DNA of 62,980 nt, filler included, from Catajapyx aquilonaris (Eukaryota), in the NCBI GenBank assembly GCA_000934665.2. It is 4 parts of 4 records of this genome, joined end to end, with 100 filler letters (N's around TTAATTAATTAA, not from the genome) between each part and the next. Parts side by side here need not be neighbours in the genome. Positions count along the whole stretch, not along the records: positions 1 to 15,669 come from JYFJ02007435.1; 3 more parts are not named here. One strand, 5' to 3'. The notes beneath the pieces are model-generated. The model was given only the letters and a program-made list of their open reading frames with translations. It was not told where the DNA came from and did no database searches. This document shows, piece after piece, positions 1 to 11,162 of this stretch; position 1 is the first letter of the stretch, and the number at the start of each line of letters is the position of its first letter. The position numbers and the translations under genes are program-made.

Positions 1-327
1 ATAGAAGCGTCGGTACAAAGGCTTCGACCTTTTTTCGGATTAATGAATCATTAAGCACTGTCTATTTCAAAACCCAGTTTTTCTCGCACCAAAAATTTCA
101 TTAGTCATGCTGCAGATAAGAGGTTAACAACCAAAGTACTGCAGACTTGCACATACTGTAATGCAATGTCACCCGACCTCTATGACCTTGTGTCCGGACA
201 TATTTTTTTTCGGTTTCAAATATAAAAAAAAGGCAATACCTACTTGGGGTACCGGTACGATTAATTTTAAAAAAATATGTCCTTCCGACCCGAGCGTTCA
301 GGTCCAATGAACCAAAAAAAGACTCAC

Positions 328-706
328 CATAGTTGCCCAGAATCTCCGAAATGTTGTCCTTTGGTCTTCCGGTAAAGTCTTCCTTCCTGAAGGCCTCTCT
401 GATGAGCTTGGGTTTGCTAAGGGCAACCAGCAGGTCCTTCCCAGCTCTAACGCTAAGGATGGAACCATAGGTACGGCTGAGGTCCCCTAGTACCACATGC
501 TTAGGCAGCCGATGACTTGAGAGAGCCCGGTAGCCCAAGAAGGGCAAACCCCATGGTCCCGGTGGCAATCGTCGTGTCTTATGCCACTGAGACACCACCA
601 ATGTCAAAACCAATATGACGGTCAAAAAAGCCAGAAAACTAGGCAACATCCCCTGCACCTGATGGGTACTCCAGAGGATAAGAGACAAAATAGACCTGAC
701 AATCAT
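328..706 (-). CDS. Cyp18a1: Cytochrome P450 CYP18A1-like (CYP2 clan, ecdysteroid 26-hydroxylase family), first coding exon only
   Basis: N-terminal extension plus hydrophobic anchor, then LPPGPWGLPFLGY and LIREAFRKEDFTGRP...ILGNYG, matching remembered CYP18A1 sequence. Similarity stops at a G|GTGAGT donor (327-322). The rest of the gene lies off the left edge. Confidence 0.85.
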
Positions 707-819
707 GGTGAGATGCTATCGGTACTGTGGTACTGTAAGGGTAGTAGCAGAGGTGCTGGAGTGCGCGCACACACACACGGGCGGGGGTAAAGTGAGTAGC
801 CGGTGTGGTCCCCCACGCC

Positions 820-826
820 TTTTATA
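820..826 (-). promoter_or_regulatory. TATA box of the CYP18A1-like gene
   Basis: TATAAAA on the minus strand in GC-rich context, about 115 nt upstream of the ATG at 706. Confidence 0.6.
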
Positions 827-1093
827 GCGGAGGAGGGGCAGGCATCAGCTGGTGGTCTCTCTCTCTCCGGGGCATAACCGGCGGCTGTTGTTGCCTGCTG
901 GTTGTTGGTTCTTGTCGCTGCTGGAAGAAGAAGGAGGAATGGTACCGCCTTTAAGGGGGGGGATATAGAACAGCGGCCATTGGTCAGGCCGGAAGACAAC
1001 GCCCCTGAGCACCCATATGGGAAAAACTATCGAGGGACCATCTTTTATTATTGCTGTTTGACACAAAAAAAAGAGCTGTAGGGGACCTATCGA

Positions 1094-1106
1094 CGGTCAT
1101 TCACCT
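1094..1106. promoter_or_regulatory. Candidate ecdysone response element (imperfect IR1)
   Basis: CGGTCA-T-TCACCT, about 270 nt upstream of the TATA box, next to a GATA motif (AGATAA at 1110). Confidence 0.3.
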
Positions 1107-4100
1107 CTAGATAACGATAGTATAAACAGTGGGTTAAACCAATATGAGTGCCCTTGTACGCAATTTTCAACTCTTTCTCTGGGACAATATTGTTGTTGGC
1201 TTTATCTCAGAAGGTGTAGCGCCACCTTAAAAGCACTCCAACCCTATCATATGGTTCGATTGCATAAGGTTTTGATACAACTGGAACGCTGTCAAGTTCA
1301 GATAACACTAGTCGCAATTTATCAGGTTGTTGGCCTTTGGAGAACCCTGATAATTACCGGATTGGTTAATAAGCTTACCGTGCAAAAATTAAGATAACAA
1401 GTTGGAATTTCCTGTCGACTTTGTTAACAGAACCACCGTTTATGTAATGTGCAGTAGAAAGCCCCGCCTTCCACCCAGGAAACCATGACATAAATCCCCA
1501 GGTTGACAGTAAGTGCGACTTGGAATTCACATAGGCACACATAGGAAGAGAAAGAGATTGACAGAAAAGTCCCTTTCATATTCTGCCCTAGTTGGAAGAC
1601 TCGTGTCGGGCCAATGACTTTGCCAGTCCACGTTCTCCTCATACTGTCCCAAAAATGGTAGAAACTAGTAGGGTAAAGCATCCCATCCGACTGCCCCCGA
1701 GTACCTATGGGCAAACGGCCAATCGGGCCGTTCACCTAGGAAGAGTTGTGGGCATCTATGGACCGCTTATCGGACAAATCTTAACCACTCTTTATTACTC
1801 AATTGGTGAATGTGGGCGGGTTGGCTTCCCGCCTTGGTAACACACTACTCGGCTATACTTGGTCACTACGATACCAGGCTTGACCTACATGTATGAACCA
1901 GAAGGGCTCATCCAAAATGTAGAAATTTAATTATGAACAATATGCACAATAAGCAAACCCTAACCCAGGCTACGTGTGTCCTTGGCAAAGGCCTTGGACC
2001 AAACGCATCATCAACGTCATAATTCAGATTAGTGAACCCCGAGTTGACGTCACTCTGACGTGCATCCGGATGCACATTGCGCTAAGACGCCTACCTGCAA
2101 AGCCCCTTTATCAGGATTTGACTCACAGAAAACCAGTCACGTTTCTGAAACCCATCCCACGAAAAAGGAGGCACGTGAGGGATGAGGTCATTTTGGCGTC
2201 GTTTTTATTAAGACATGTTAGATCCGGTCGGAACACGACTACATGAGACAGACGTGGTCGCCTCAATGGTCAGCGACCGACTGACACTGAATGAATCGAA
2301 TTCTCGTAGTGTCTCGTATCACATGCTGTAGTGTTCAGTGAACTGTTCGCGCCATCTGTTAGAAGGGGCCGTCGGTGGATTGTAACACACTAGCCCCCTC
2401 TTGCGTTAGATTTCGTCGGACGTGTACGGATGCCACTGTACCACGTAGAGTACATGTGTTGTCTCGTCGCGTCATCTAATCACTGGACGTTGAAAGTATG
2501 TGGGAGATGTCGCATTTTTTACATTTTTGAACCAGTGGCACGTTGTCATCGCACTATCAATCCGGGCACTAATTAGTTACCAATAATGAAACAATAATAA
2601 TGTACAGATGCGTCGCTCCCCCACCATGGCACCACTGATAATAATAAAATGTCGGGTTTGAGCACACAAAGGAGGTGGTATGTACTCCCAAAAATTAAAT
2701 TAAATATCAATACTGATAGCCAGATTGATTCATTGATATTGGCACTATCAGTACAGTGTCAATATTGACTGACACGCAGAAAGATCATAATCGCATTTTT
2801 GAGTTAGATATTGTGTAAGACAGTCCTGGAATCGCAATTTCTCAAGGTCAGGTTCGTTTTTAAATAGATTAATTGCAATAGTGCTAACTATAGACGCAAT
2901 TAAAATAATTATTCCAGTGCTACTGCAATCTTCAGACTATTATAGCATATCCTGAAATCATTTCAATGGGATTGTCACGTGTTTCGCCAATATGGTAAGG
3001 CTGCTTAACAATACGAAAATTAATTTTTATCAAAATTCTAATTTATACTTATTATTGAAACTTCCACACAGCAAGTCAACGACCACCAGGAATGTACAGG
3101 GTGCAGCCTTGCTTTATCACCTCAGATAACGTAACTGCGCTCAGCTTCCTAATGACATCAAAAGGTCAGGTGGTCCTCACGCGTGCTGACTTTTTTTTAA
3201 GTCACCTAACTGACTCTACCCATTACTCTAGCTCTATTTTTCAACCGTAACGAGTCACCATCAAAAAAGAACCGCATTATGGCCAACCCATTTAAAATCC
3301 CATGAACCCCCCCTCTCAGCATCCATTTTCTTTCACATCCCAATTTGTTACCTACCCTTCAAAAAAAGTGGTCACCAACTAACCGCCCATTCAGGCCAAT
3401 CTCATGGGAAGAGGTACATCAAAAGAGGTCACCAAATAAGAAAATTCGGGAGGGTCAAAAGAATCTCCCTACTAAATTCCGGTTGCTACCCTGAAGATTT
3501 TGGACCCACCTATAAAAAATATGGACAAAAAGAGTCCCGGTGGGTGAAAAGGTGATGAATTATTATTAAACATTGTACTGACCGCTGTTTTTGTCCTGGG
3601 TTTGAATCTAGACCGTTGGGAGGTCTTAGGCTGTTTTTTTTTTCAACCTTCCCCTTTATAGAAGAAACCCATGCATTATTCAAGTTTTTATTCCAAGTGG
3701 AGCAAATAAGTCCTGAGGGGGTTTGGGTTTTTCAATGGTCAGTTCTGACCCGTCCTAAGTTGGCCCATGGGAATAAATAATGGATGGGGGAAAAAAGTTC
3801 CGTAATATTATTCAAATAGCTTGTTTGCAACCATTTTTTAAATCCTATTCATAGCAGCCAATTACAGTTAAGATAGGTTTTAAGTCCATAGATTGGATAA
3901 GGAAATGAAAATCATCCAGGTGGCTCTAAATTTTTTTTTTGTCAATCACTATACCACGGTTCTCTTTTTTTCAAAAGGGATTCACATTGTGAGTGATTCA
4001 GCAAGGGCTTTCTTCTGGTAGTGGGTCAAGGAGACATCGTTTAGGAAGAGGGGACACGTAGACCTATATTCAGAACCATCCCCCCCAAAAAAGGGCATAC

Positions 4101-6230
4101 AGTTCTCATAATGACGTCACGGTTTTAGCTGGTGGTTAACGACTAAATGACTTTATTGAAGTGTGTGACAATGTGAAACAGACTTTCCTGGCCTCGAGGT
4201 ATAGTAGGGCACGCTTTTGGCTTTTTGGTCCACCACAATAGCACCTCGCGGTATTCCTGGAAATCGCAAAGGTCAGATCCCGGATAGGACACCAATACCC
4301 CGTGAAACAGGGTATTCAACAAGAATACGGTCGGCCCATTACTTGGATGAACCTATTCAGAAACGAAGAACTGGGTCAACTGGAGGGTTTGGTTTACGGT
4401 AGGTCTCGGTTTTCGGGAAGAGGTCTGCATTGACATGAACTTTCACATACAGGACACCCATTTATGGAAGGGGGCTTCTCAAAAAAAAAAAAAAAATCTG
4501 GCGTCCTGGGTAGATATTCAAAGAGTGATTGCTTGGATGATTAATGGTGCAGAGGAGGACAATACCTCCACAGTAGGTCCTCGTCCTTGGCGCCACTGAA
4601 CTAAAATGCAAGGTGGAAGTTCTGAGGAAGCCATTTGCAACTGCATTAGGCCAAGGACATGGGAAGAGTTGTATATGTGAGTCGCATTCCTTCTGCTCAT
4701 AACTGAAAAGGAAAGTGCACTTATGCAAGTCAGCTCATGTTTACATATGTCAACAGCAATCACTGAGTTACATACGAGTATGATCAGGTCCTTGACCGTC
4801 TAGACGAGAAAGTAGGTACCGCGGTACCCCCCTGTCGAGCTCCAGCTGCTCCTCCCATACTCTAAAACGTCCAAAAATTCTGGTCACTTTCCTTTTGATG
4901 ACCCTTTGCACATTCCTCTTCGGGGACTGCTCAGGGTTAGTCTACCGATTGATTTACGCGGAAGGAGAGAGAGTGACAAGTGAAAGGTGTATTTACGATA
5001 CATAGTGACTGACAGTTCTAAGAATTAGGAACCAGTCGGCAGCCACGCGCCCAATTGTCATCCTTCCGAACGCACCCCTATCCCCCATCAAGTGGACAAT
5101 ATTTTTCTATGTGAAACAACCACTCTTGTTGTATTGAATTTGTATGGAGGTGAAGGACACCCACCAGCCAGCTTCCCAAAAACACACCTACCCAAATTTT
5201 TTCCTGCATTCCTAACAATTCCACAATTGCTAGGTTCCCAGAAAACTACTCAAAAGCAGAAGGGACAACAATAGGCATTTTGCAGGCTTGTAAACCTTTA
5301 ACGACCAGAAAGTTTGGGAAAACCCCCCAAATTTAAGACCGTGGAAGTCACCCTAACCATCGTTTCCCTCAGAAAAAACTGCGGCCACAAATCGTACCTA
5401 TAAGACCGTTTTGTAATACCAACCAGCCTGAAACCGGCTCAATTTATGAGCAGTCCCTTGCCAAAAAGTCAGTCCCATCTGCTTCAAAAAAAAAAGAGGC
5501 CATATCTCACTATGCAGCCGGTTCCTCCAAAAATGGTCAAGTTCTCCCCCCAAAAATAGGTGTGTTAAGCAACCAGGTGAAAGTGTACCATCCAATTGAC
5601 ATCCTCCTCAACAAAAGGTGGCTTTGGACAAATTCAAAGAGAAAGCGAGTTAAAAATGGAGGCTTTTTTGTATATATATTCTGTCTAGTTTCAGGTAGTA
5701 GAAAAAGAAATAAAAAGGGACGACGCCCAAAATTTCAAGGTTTATTAAGGTCAAGGACTTCGACGGGGCAGGACGTATGTCAAACCTAGGGGGTTTGAAA
5801 AAGTAGGATAGCGTTGAGAAAAGTCTGTACAAAAGGTTCTTTTTGTATGCGCAGGTGGGGACCAATGGAACCAAGTGTCTTGAAAAAGGACCGGGTCTTT
5901 TTTTTAAGGCTTGGTGAAAAACTTGCGGAGGACCTCTCAAAAACGGGTGATGTCTTGTCGTTTTTTTTTAAAAGGGATCTTATTTTTATTCAACCCGCCC
6001 CCTCCCCTGTTCTCTACGGTTCGATGTTTGCACGTGTCGTTGTCGAATTTGGGGAAAAGTAGGGGTGAATACAAATCGCGTCCAAAAGACTTCCGGAAGG
6101 TGCATTCAGTTGGAACAGTATTGTGCTGATGAATATACAGAATATGAAACGGCTAGGATCACTCTGTGATATCGAAATTCAATCAGCGAGTTACTCCAAT
6201 AGCGATAAAAATACATATTAACTAAAAACT

Positions 6231-6590
6231 TTTCCCGTTAAAAACTACCCCTAATTATTCCTCTGGGGCATACGTCGAGGCCTCTGTATTGATTTGATTC
6301 GGTTACATACGTTTCAAAATTTTCACAACGTATGTAACAGAATCAAATCAATCTTCCCCGTTAAAAACTACCCCTAATTATTCCCCTGGGGCATACGTCG
6401 AGGCTTCTGTATTCATTTGATTCGGTTACATACGTTGTGAAATTTTCACAACGTATGTAACCGAATCAAATCAATACAGAAGCCTCGACGTATGCCCCAT
6501 CAGGGAGATAATTAGGGGTAGTTTTTAACGAGGAATGTTTTAGCACATTGGAATTGACCTCCGAGGTCATCATTGGCCGCAGAGGAGTTT
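6231..6590. repeat. Palindromic repeat with partial tandem duplication; same family as 25720-25890
   Basis: 6355-6535 is a near-perfect 180-bp palindrome centred on GTGAAATTTTCAC. 6231-6352 duplicates its left part. About 6480-6590 is the reverse complement of about 25720-25830. Confidence 0.75.
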
Positions 6591-8295
6591 CCGACTTATA
6601 CGTCGTCATTATTATCTTCGGAGCACTTTAATAGTCTTAAGATCGGAAAAGAAATCGAGTCGAGACGCGATGGGCCGCAACAAAACTTATATAGGTAACG
6701 GAAGTAGCAATCATAAGCCTAACGGTGATAGCGTAACGGACGAGCTCAAATAAATTGAGGAAGAGATAAAAACCGAAGCGCCCATCGGTACCGCTTCATC
6801 GCCTCCGCAGGCAAAATGTCCAAGACCCTACAACTATAACACAAACTAGATGACCCACCTTGTCTAATCCCGTCACAACAAACTCATAAAAAAAACCAGT
6901 CCCAAGAATCCCAATAGCGCACATTTTAATAGAAACCTAACTGAAACTGCAACTAATGATGGTCGCTCCCAACCATCAATCAATCAGCTCCTTCTTCAGT
7001 ACTCCGACCATGACCATCAGAAGAAAGGCTGGCCAGCAGCTGGTGCACCATAAGGAAGACCTAATTTTAGAGCCGGGAACCAAGCCTGCGAAAGTGGGAC
7101 GCAGGACGCCCCCTCTCTCTTTTCAGTCTTCCCAATCCGGACAGGGCTGATCGGTATTTGGGAACCACCAAACTTCCTTGTCTGCATCACCTGGATGTGC
7201 CCTCCACCTGGTTGGTGCCCAGATGGCTCAGTTCCTGCCTTGTAGGTCAGAAACCATATTCATCTCAAGTGTCGCCAAAATGTATAAAAGGGGGGGCAAT
7301 GGACAGGCTGATTGAGGGGAAAAAGAAAGGTGTGTGGCAAAGGGGTGACCACGAAGAGGGCAAGGTGATGGACCAGCTGGGAAGCGGAGGCATCACTTCC
7401 TTATAATTTTTTTTGTAGACTTTTTTTTTTTGAAGGGGAAACCGATGCCTGGGAATCGATCACATCCGCAAGATGGGACAAAAAGAATAGACACCTTGAG
7501 GACTAACCTCCAGGTCTAATGATAGGGTTTTAACCCAATTAGGTATACTGTGGGCAGGTTACAAATAATGTCACCCATCGTCTTGTGGTTTGCGTTATAA
7601 ATCAGACCCTTAACGAGCAAGGGAAATTACATCCTGTGGAGGAGGTGCTGTTGGTTGTTATTTTCAGGATGGTTCTGTACTGAAGAATCGGCAGATGGTG
7701 GATAATATTAAACCTATATCATCAAATGGCAAGAAGAGGAAACCGAATGTTCCCTTCAGCTTGGTTACGTGCTCTCTCTTTTGTTGGCTAATTTATCACG
7801 ATGGCAAATACATGTTGGGTAAAATGTAGGTTCATTAAGCATTTCCATTCCTTGTCAAAGTACGAGTATTTGTTCCAATGTGTATTTTTAGCACCCTTTT
7901 GATCTTCACAACAGTCCCTTTGTTCAGCAAATTCGACTGAATTTCCTTCTGTTTCAATGTGCCGGACAATGTGAAGCCATGTTGCCATGTCCAAAAGATG
8001 GTCACAGGATACTGATTAATTAATTAATCCTACAACTTAATTTCATTAATTGTGACCAATTTTTTCTGGGGTAACGAGAGGTACTGTAGGTCAAGTTGTA
8101 AATGCCATTCAAATACCTTGGCGCCAAATATCCTCAGAAAGTTCTTACAATAGTCGCCAGGTGTCAGCAGCACCTGCGGACACTGCGCCATCTGGCTGAA
8201 CCGCCTCGAATCAACACGAAGTGAACCCACGTTGTCCTGTCCCTCTTGGCTGTGCCGTGACCCTTGACCTGCAGTAGTCCTCCGTCCCGCTTTAG

Positions 8296-9528
8296 ATGGA
8301 CGAAGGGACCAGACAGCTGTTCCTGAAGATGCAGGAGAGCCAGGAGGCCGCCAGACTCAGCGCACATGATGCGGACAGGGTGGTGGGACACTTCACCTCT
8401 TCCATATACCGCTACAGGGACAACATCATCTCGCCCTACGCCCCTGGGGTTGTCCCTGGGATGTTCCCTTCTGACACGGAGAAGAGGGTCAGGGCCTTCT
8501 ACGAGAGCTGCACACTCAAGGCCCTGCTCAGCACCGCAGGAGGTATACCACCACATTGTTGCATCATATAGTTGGGCCGTCTGGTCGTACCGTTTGAGAA
8601 GCTCAGTTCATGTTTAAGTCTCATTTGAAACAAAGGTGTCCTGGAATCAGGCACTCATAATATCACTCGATGCACTGATTCTGTCTGCAGGGAAATAAAC
8701 TGTCGAGGTCCTGTTAATTTCTGCGGGACAAACTAGTGTGCAGAGGTGAAATGATGAAGCTCATCATGTGACTTTTTTAACCAACAGGGTTTGTGTTTGG
8801 AGCAGCACTGGGTCTCTTTACCAGCACTGTCAACCCCACAGTCCCACTACCTGGAGAGAAGACCCCCACAGTTAGGGAGACACTGCGAGACATGAAGAAT
8901 GCGTCAGTGACGCATGCCAAAAATTTTGCTATTGTTGGACTTGCCTTTTCGACTGTGGAGTGTGCGCTGGAATCAGTATGTGCTTGAATGCTATGCTTGT
9001 GTTCCCTAGATTGTATGTGTTGGCCTATTTTCATATTTGTGACGAGTAACCTTCCTTTCCAGTTGGTGGTGAGCCTATTAGCGACTGGGAACCATTGTTG
9101 GCAACAACCAGTGAGTTGAACAATGGTTCCTGATCGCAGGTAGGCTTGCCACCAGCTAGGCAGGTCATACATATAAGAATGTGCCATTACATTACATTGC
9201 CACAACTAATGAGTCCCATAAATCATGTCCCAGTACATTTTACATCTGGATTGCTAAAGTGAATATAATAGGGATGTTAAATCTCAATCATTGCAATTCT
9301 AGCACCGGGGGAAGACAGACTGGAAGAATCCAATATCTGCTGCTGCCATAACTGGCGGTCTCATTGGTCTCAGAGGTAAAACACATGCAAGGTCTTCTCT
9401 AACGGCATTGCAAATAATACTTGTTGTTTGCTCCCACAGCTGGTGTGAAAGCAGCCATAGCAGGTGCAGCTGGTTTTGCAGTGTTCTCTAGCATCATTGA
9501 ATGGTACCTAACTCATGGCAGGGAGTAG
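8296..9528 (+). CDS. TIMM22: Mitochondrial import inner membrane translocase subunit TIM22, 4 exons, 198 aa
   Basis: Exons 8296-8542, 8788-8975, 9303-9375, 9440-9528, all GT-AG with consistent phases (597 nt). Motifs ESCTLKALLSTAGGFVFGAALGLF, AKNFAIVGLAFSTVECALES, HRGKTDWKN, GGLIGLRAG and GAAGFAVFS. AATAAA at 9719-9724. Confidence 0.93.
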
Positions 9529-10097
9529 AGGACATGCCCACCTGTTGTTTGTTATTGTCAGTGATTTTTATTTACAAGACACTGTTCTGCAGTTGTAACT
9601 GCATTGGACTTCTGTGTCCACGCTGTAACCACACATGCGCCAAAACTTGGCCACAAGATATTGCTTTAAATTCCTGGAGGTGCAGAAGAGAATACATTTA
9701 ACCTCGAGTATTTGTAACAATAAAACATAGCCATCTGTTTGCCTGGATGTTGACCTCACCAAAAATTAGACCTTACTAGCAGCACCTGCTGTTAAATTGC
9801 AGTGTTAAGGTGACAGTCCTAGGTGACAGTGCCAACTAGAGGAGAAGTGATTCGTTTTGCTAGTGAACACAGAATTATTGTGGGCACACCAAGTGGTGTC
9901 AGTGGTGATCATGCGACATTCCAGCTGCTCAATCAGAAGTAGTCACAATACACCTGTCATCAAATCTGCCTGCATAATTCTGCTAGTAGCATTCACATTG
10001 GTAAGTTTGCATATAATGGGTTAGAGAACTACCCATGTAGTGGGAATTTGGTACCTTTACGTATTTGCTTTTTATGGTGTACAAGCATGGTCTGTAG

Positions 10098-10448
10098 CAT
10101 CCCCGAGTCTCACTCCCTCTTTTCGTGTGAGCTTACCTGTTCTCCCCACGCTAGAGTCAAGTGCCAGTACAGGTAGCACCTTACCTAGCGGGGCAATTCT
10201 GAACCATTAGGGTCGACTCCGATTGGCTGGAGTCTTAAAGGCCTCCTTGGGCCACAACATGGCTCTCCACATGAGGCCTTTCAGACTCCAGCCAATCGGA
10301 GTCAACCCTAATGGTTCAGGCTAGGTAAGGCACCACCTGTACTGGCACTTGACTCTAGCACCGACCATGGCCAATCCTCCTCCGTTGGGGAGAACAGCTA
10401 AGCTCACGGGGGTAGCAATGTACTGGTATAGGGAGTGACTGGGGGCTG
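10098..10448. mobile_element. Non-autonomous foldback DNA transposon (MITE), hAT- or P-type
   Basis: CA...TG termini with imperfect TIRs, long internal inverted arms, and an exact 8-bp TSD GTCTGTAG (10090-10097 and 10449-10456). Confidence 0.8.
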
Positions 10449-10511
10449 GTCTGTAGTATAATTTCTCATAGTTGCATCAAATAATTAATATATTTTAATG
10501 ATACGACTTAG

Positions 10512-11162
10512 GTGGAGTGTCACCCTGCAAGAAACCTTGTAATTGCATTGCCTGCTCCACAACCCAAAGTGACTGCTCCACCAGATGACAGGTTTGTCAT
10601 TGCATTTCCCCCTGGCTTCTTACCGACCACACCACGACCAGCACCTGCAAAACCAACTAAAGGTGAACGAGTGTGGCTCGTACTCCACCGTAACACACTG
10701 CTCTATGAGCTGGTCAACGTACTTGCCACCTTGGTAATTTCTGATGCATCTGATGGAATAGAACTGGTGGCAAACTATGTAAATGCAACGTTGAATTCAT
10801 TCTGGCCTGGACAAAACTTAACAGCAAACCTGTTGAAGGTTAACCGAAACCTGATCACCAGTAGCTTGTTCAAAAAAGAGATGAATGGTTATGAGGCTAT
10901 TATGCACTTGGCTATGGTCGTGGTGGATCGCCTACAAGTAAATGCTCTAGTCAAACTGGGTATCAACACAGTAATGAACAAGGTGCTCGGCAATGAAGTG
11001 AACATCATTAACAACATCAACAAGAGATTCCACCTGCCAACAATGCCCACCCCAACAACTACCGCCAAAACCAAAAAGCCAACTAAAAAAGGTGGTGTCT
11101 TCCACTTCTCAGACCTATTTGGAACACAGGTACTACTCTCACTTTACCTCCAGTACATATAA
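10512..11162 (+). CDS. Orphan coding exon or ORF, Pro/Thr-rich linkers flanking a helical domain
   Basis: 216 open codons starting directly after a TTAG acceptor; possible weak donor after 11129. No family recognised. Confidence 0.4.
   Translation: MECHPARNLVIALPAPQPKVTAPPDDRFVIAFPPGFLPTTPRPAPAKPTKGERVWLVLHRNTLLYELVNVLATLVISDASDGIELVANYVNATLNSFWPGQNLTANLLKVNRNLITSSLFKKEMNGYEAIMHLAMVVVDRLQVNALVKLGINTVMNKVLGNEVNIINNINKRFHLPTMPTPTTTAKTKKPTKKGGVFHFSDLFGTQVLLSLYLQYI

Noticed and set aside
6126..6160. Hammerhead-like CTGATGA-ATAT-loop-ATAT-GAAAC
   Set aside because: No stem III closing GUH and no convincing stem I.
8016..8027. TTAATTAATTAA identical to the linker core
   Set aside because: Not flanked by N and consistent with a natural (TAAT)n run.
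7788..8230. Two short minus-strand ORFs divergent from TIM22
   Set aside because: No recognisable family, and the only joining intron would be about 22 nt.
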